This document shows, in pieces, positions 63,606 to 64,000 of a DNA stretch of 64,000 nucleotides. A program made the position numbers and the translations under genes. The notes under the pieces are model-generated. The model ran no database searches, had not been told where the DNA came from, and worked only from the letters and a program-made list of their open reading frames with translations. Position 1 is the stretch's first letter. Each line of letters opens with the position of its first letter. Location of the stretch: positions 7,357 through 71,356 of the forward strand of contig JAFTNJ010000002.1 in the NCBI GenBank assembly GCA_017451915.1. Reading direction: 5' to 3'. This stretch comes from Clostridia bacterium. Lineage in GTDB: Bacteria; Bacillota; Clostridia; Oscillospirales; CAG-272.

Positions 63606-64000
63606 TCAAAGGGAAATGGGAGCACCGTTGGATCCGTACATCGCCAGGATCAAACGGATGACCTTGGCGGCCTCCTCGCCGTGAATGGGGAAGGGAATTC
63701 CTTCGCCAATACAACGGTAGAAGTCCGAGATCAAAAGGGTGTGCCCCGCGCCCCACACCGCCTTGCCGTGGGCATCGCCACTGCTCTTGGAGAACAGGAC
63801 CTCGCCGTCCAGGATCAGCTGGGAGGCCTCGGCGTGAAGCTTCTTTTTGGAGTTGAGATAGAAGCGGAGATGGGCGGGGAAGGTGGCACCGCAGGCGGTG
63901 GTGGCAAAGAAGTGGAAGGAGCTGCCGTTGGGGCAGGAAAAATGCGCCACAGCGGTGTCCTCCACCTCGATCACACCGGGCAGGTGGTCGTTGGCAATGT
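63606..64000 (-). CDS. C-terminal part of a Gfo/Idh/MocA-family oxidoreductase (5' end lies beyond the window)
   Basis: The frame is open to the window edge. The C-terminal alpha/beta domain pattern (...HGEEAAKVIRLILAMYGS) is typical of this family. Confidence 0.5.
   Translation of the reverse strand, partial: IANDHLPGVIEVEDTAVAHFSCPNGSSFHFFATTACGATFPAHLRFYLNSKKKLHAEASQLILDGEVLFSKSSGDAHGKAVWGAGHTLLISDFYRCIGEGIPFPIHGEEAAKVIRLILAMYGSNGAPISL

Overview
64-kb chromosomal window from a moderately GC-rich (by eye about 55-60%) clostridial-type Gram-positive anaerobe, judged from GGAGG ribosome-binding sites, a T-box leader, DegV and a ylmE-sepF-yggT-ylmH cluster. Most of it is ordinary housekeeping. 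This includes an OmpR/histidine-kinase cassette, a MarR-ADH-ALDH3-YhhN-DegV operon and gpx plus an OhrR-like regulator. It also includes a 10-gene ilvA-ridA-leuACDB-ilvBNCD operon, pfkA, tyrS, dapA, queA, miaA, and hexuronate genes (uxuA, an SDR mannonate oxidoreductase) at the right edge. Five things stand out. (1) 3.9-19.2 kb is one operon of three consecutive giant lipoproteins followed by a membrane HExxH protein. The lipoproteins are 974 aa with three canonical C-type lectin domains, about 2724 aa with a periodic GLUG-type super-repeat, and 1060 aa with 12 FN3/Ig-like modules. (2) The ilv-leu leader is a T-box whose Stem I to Stem III module is duplicated in tandem, with CUC versus AUC at the putative specifier position. 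(3) An AT-rich 1.6-kb islet sits at the 3' end of tRNA-Pro(CGG) and is bracketed by a 21/22-nt direct repeat of the tRNA 3' end. It carries one 340-aa membrane/coiled-coil gene behind a promoter, structured leader and terminator, with two degenerate tRNA-Pro-like sequences nearby. (4) An AT-rich XRE gene is flanked by roughly 0.3-0.45 kb arrays of GC-rich mini-hairpins, and related multi-hairpin elements occur elsewhere, including inside the ilv operon. (5) One gene has conserved-looking coding sequence that runs upstream of any canonical start codon. I saw no rRNA, CRISPR array, integrase, transposase or recognisable defence gene. All family calls come from motif recognition by eye; no searches, folding programs or counts were run.
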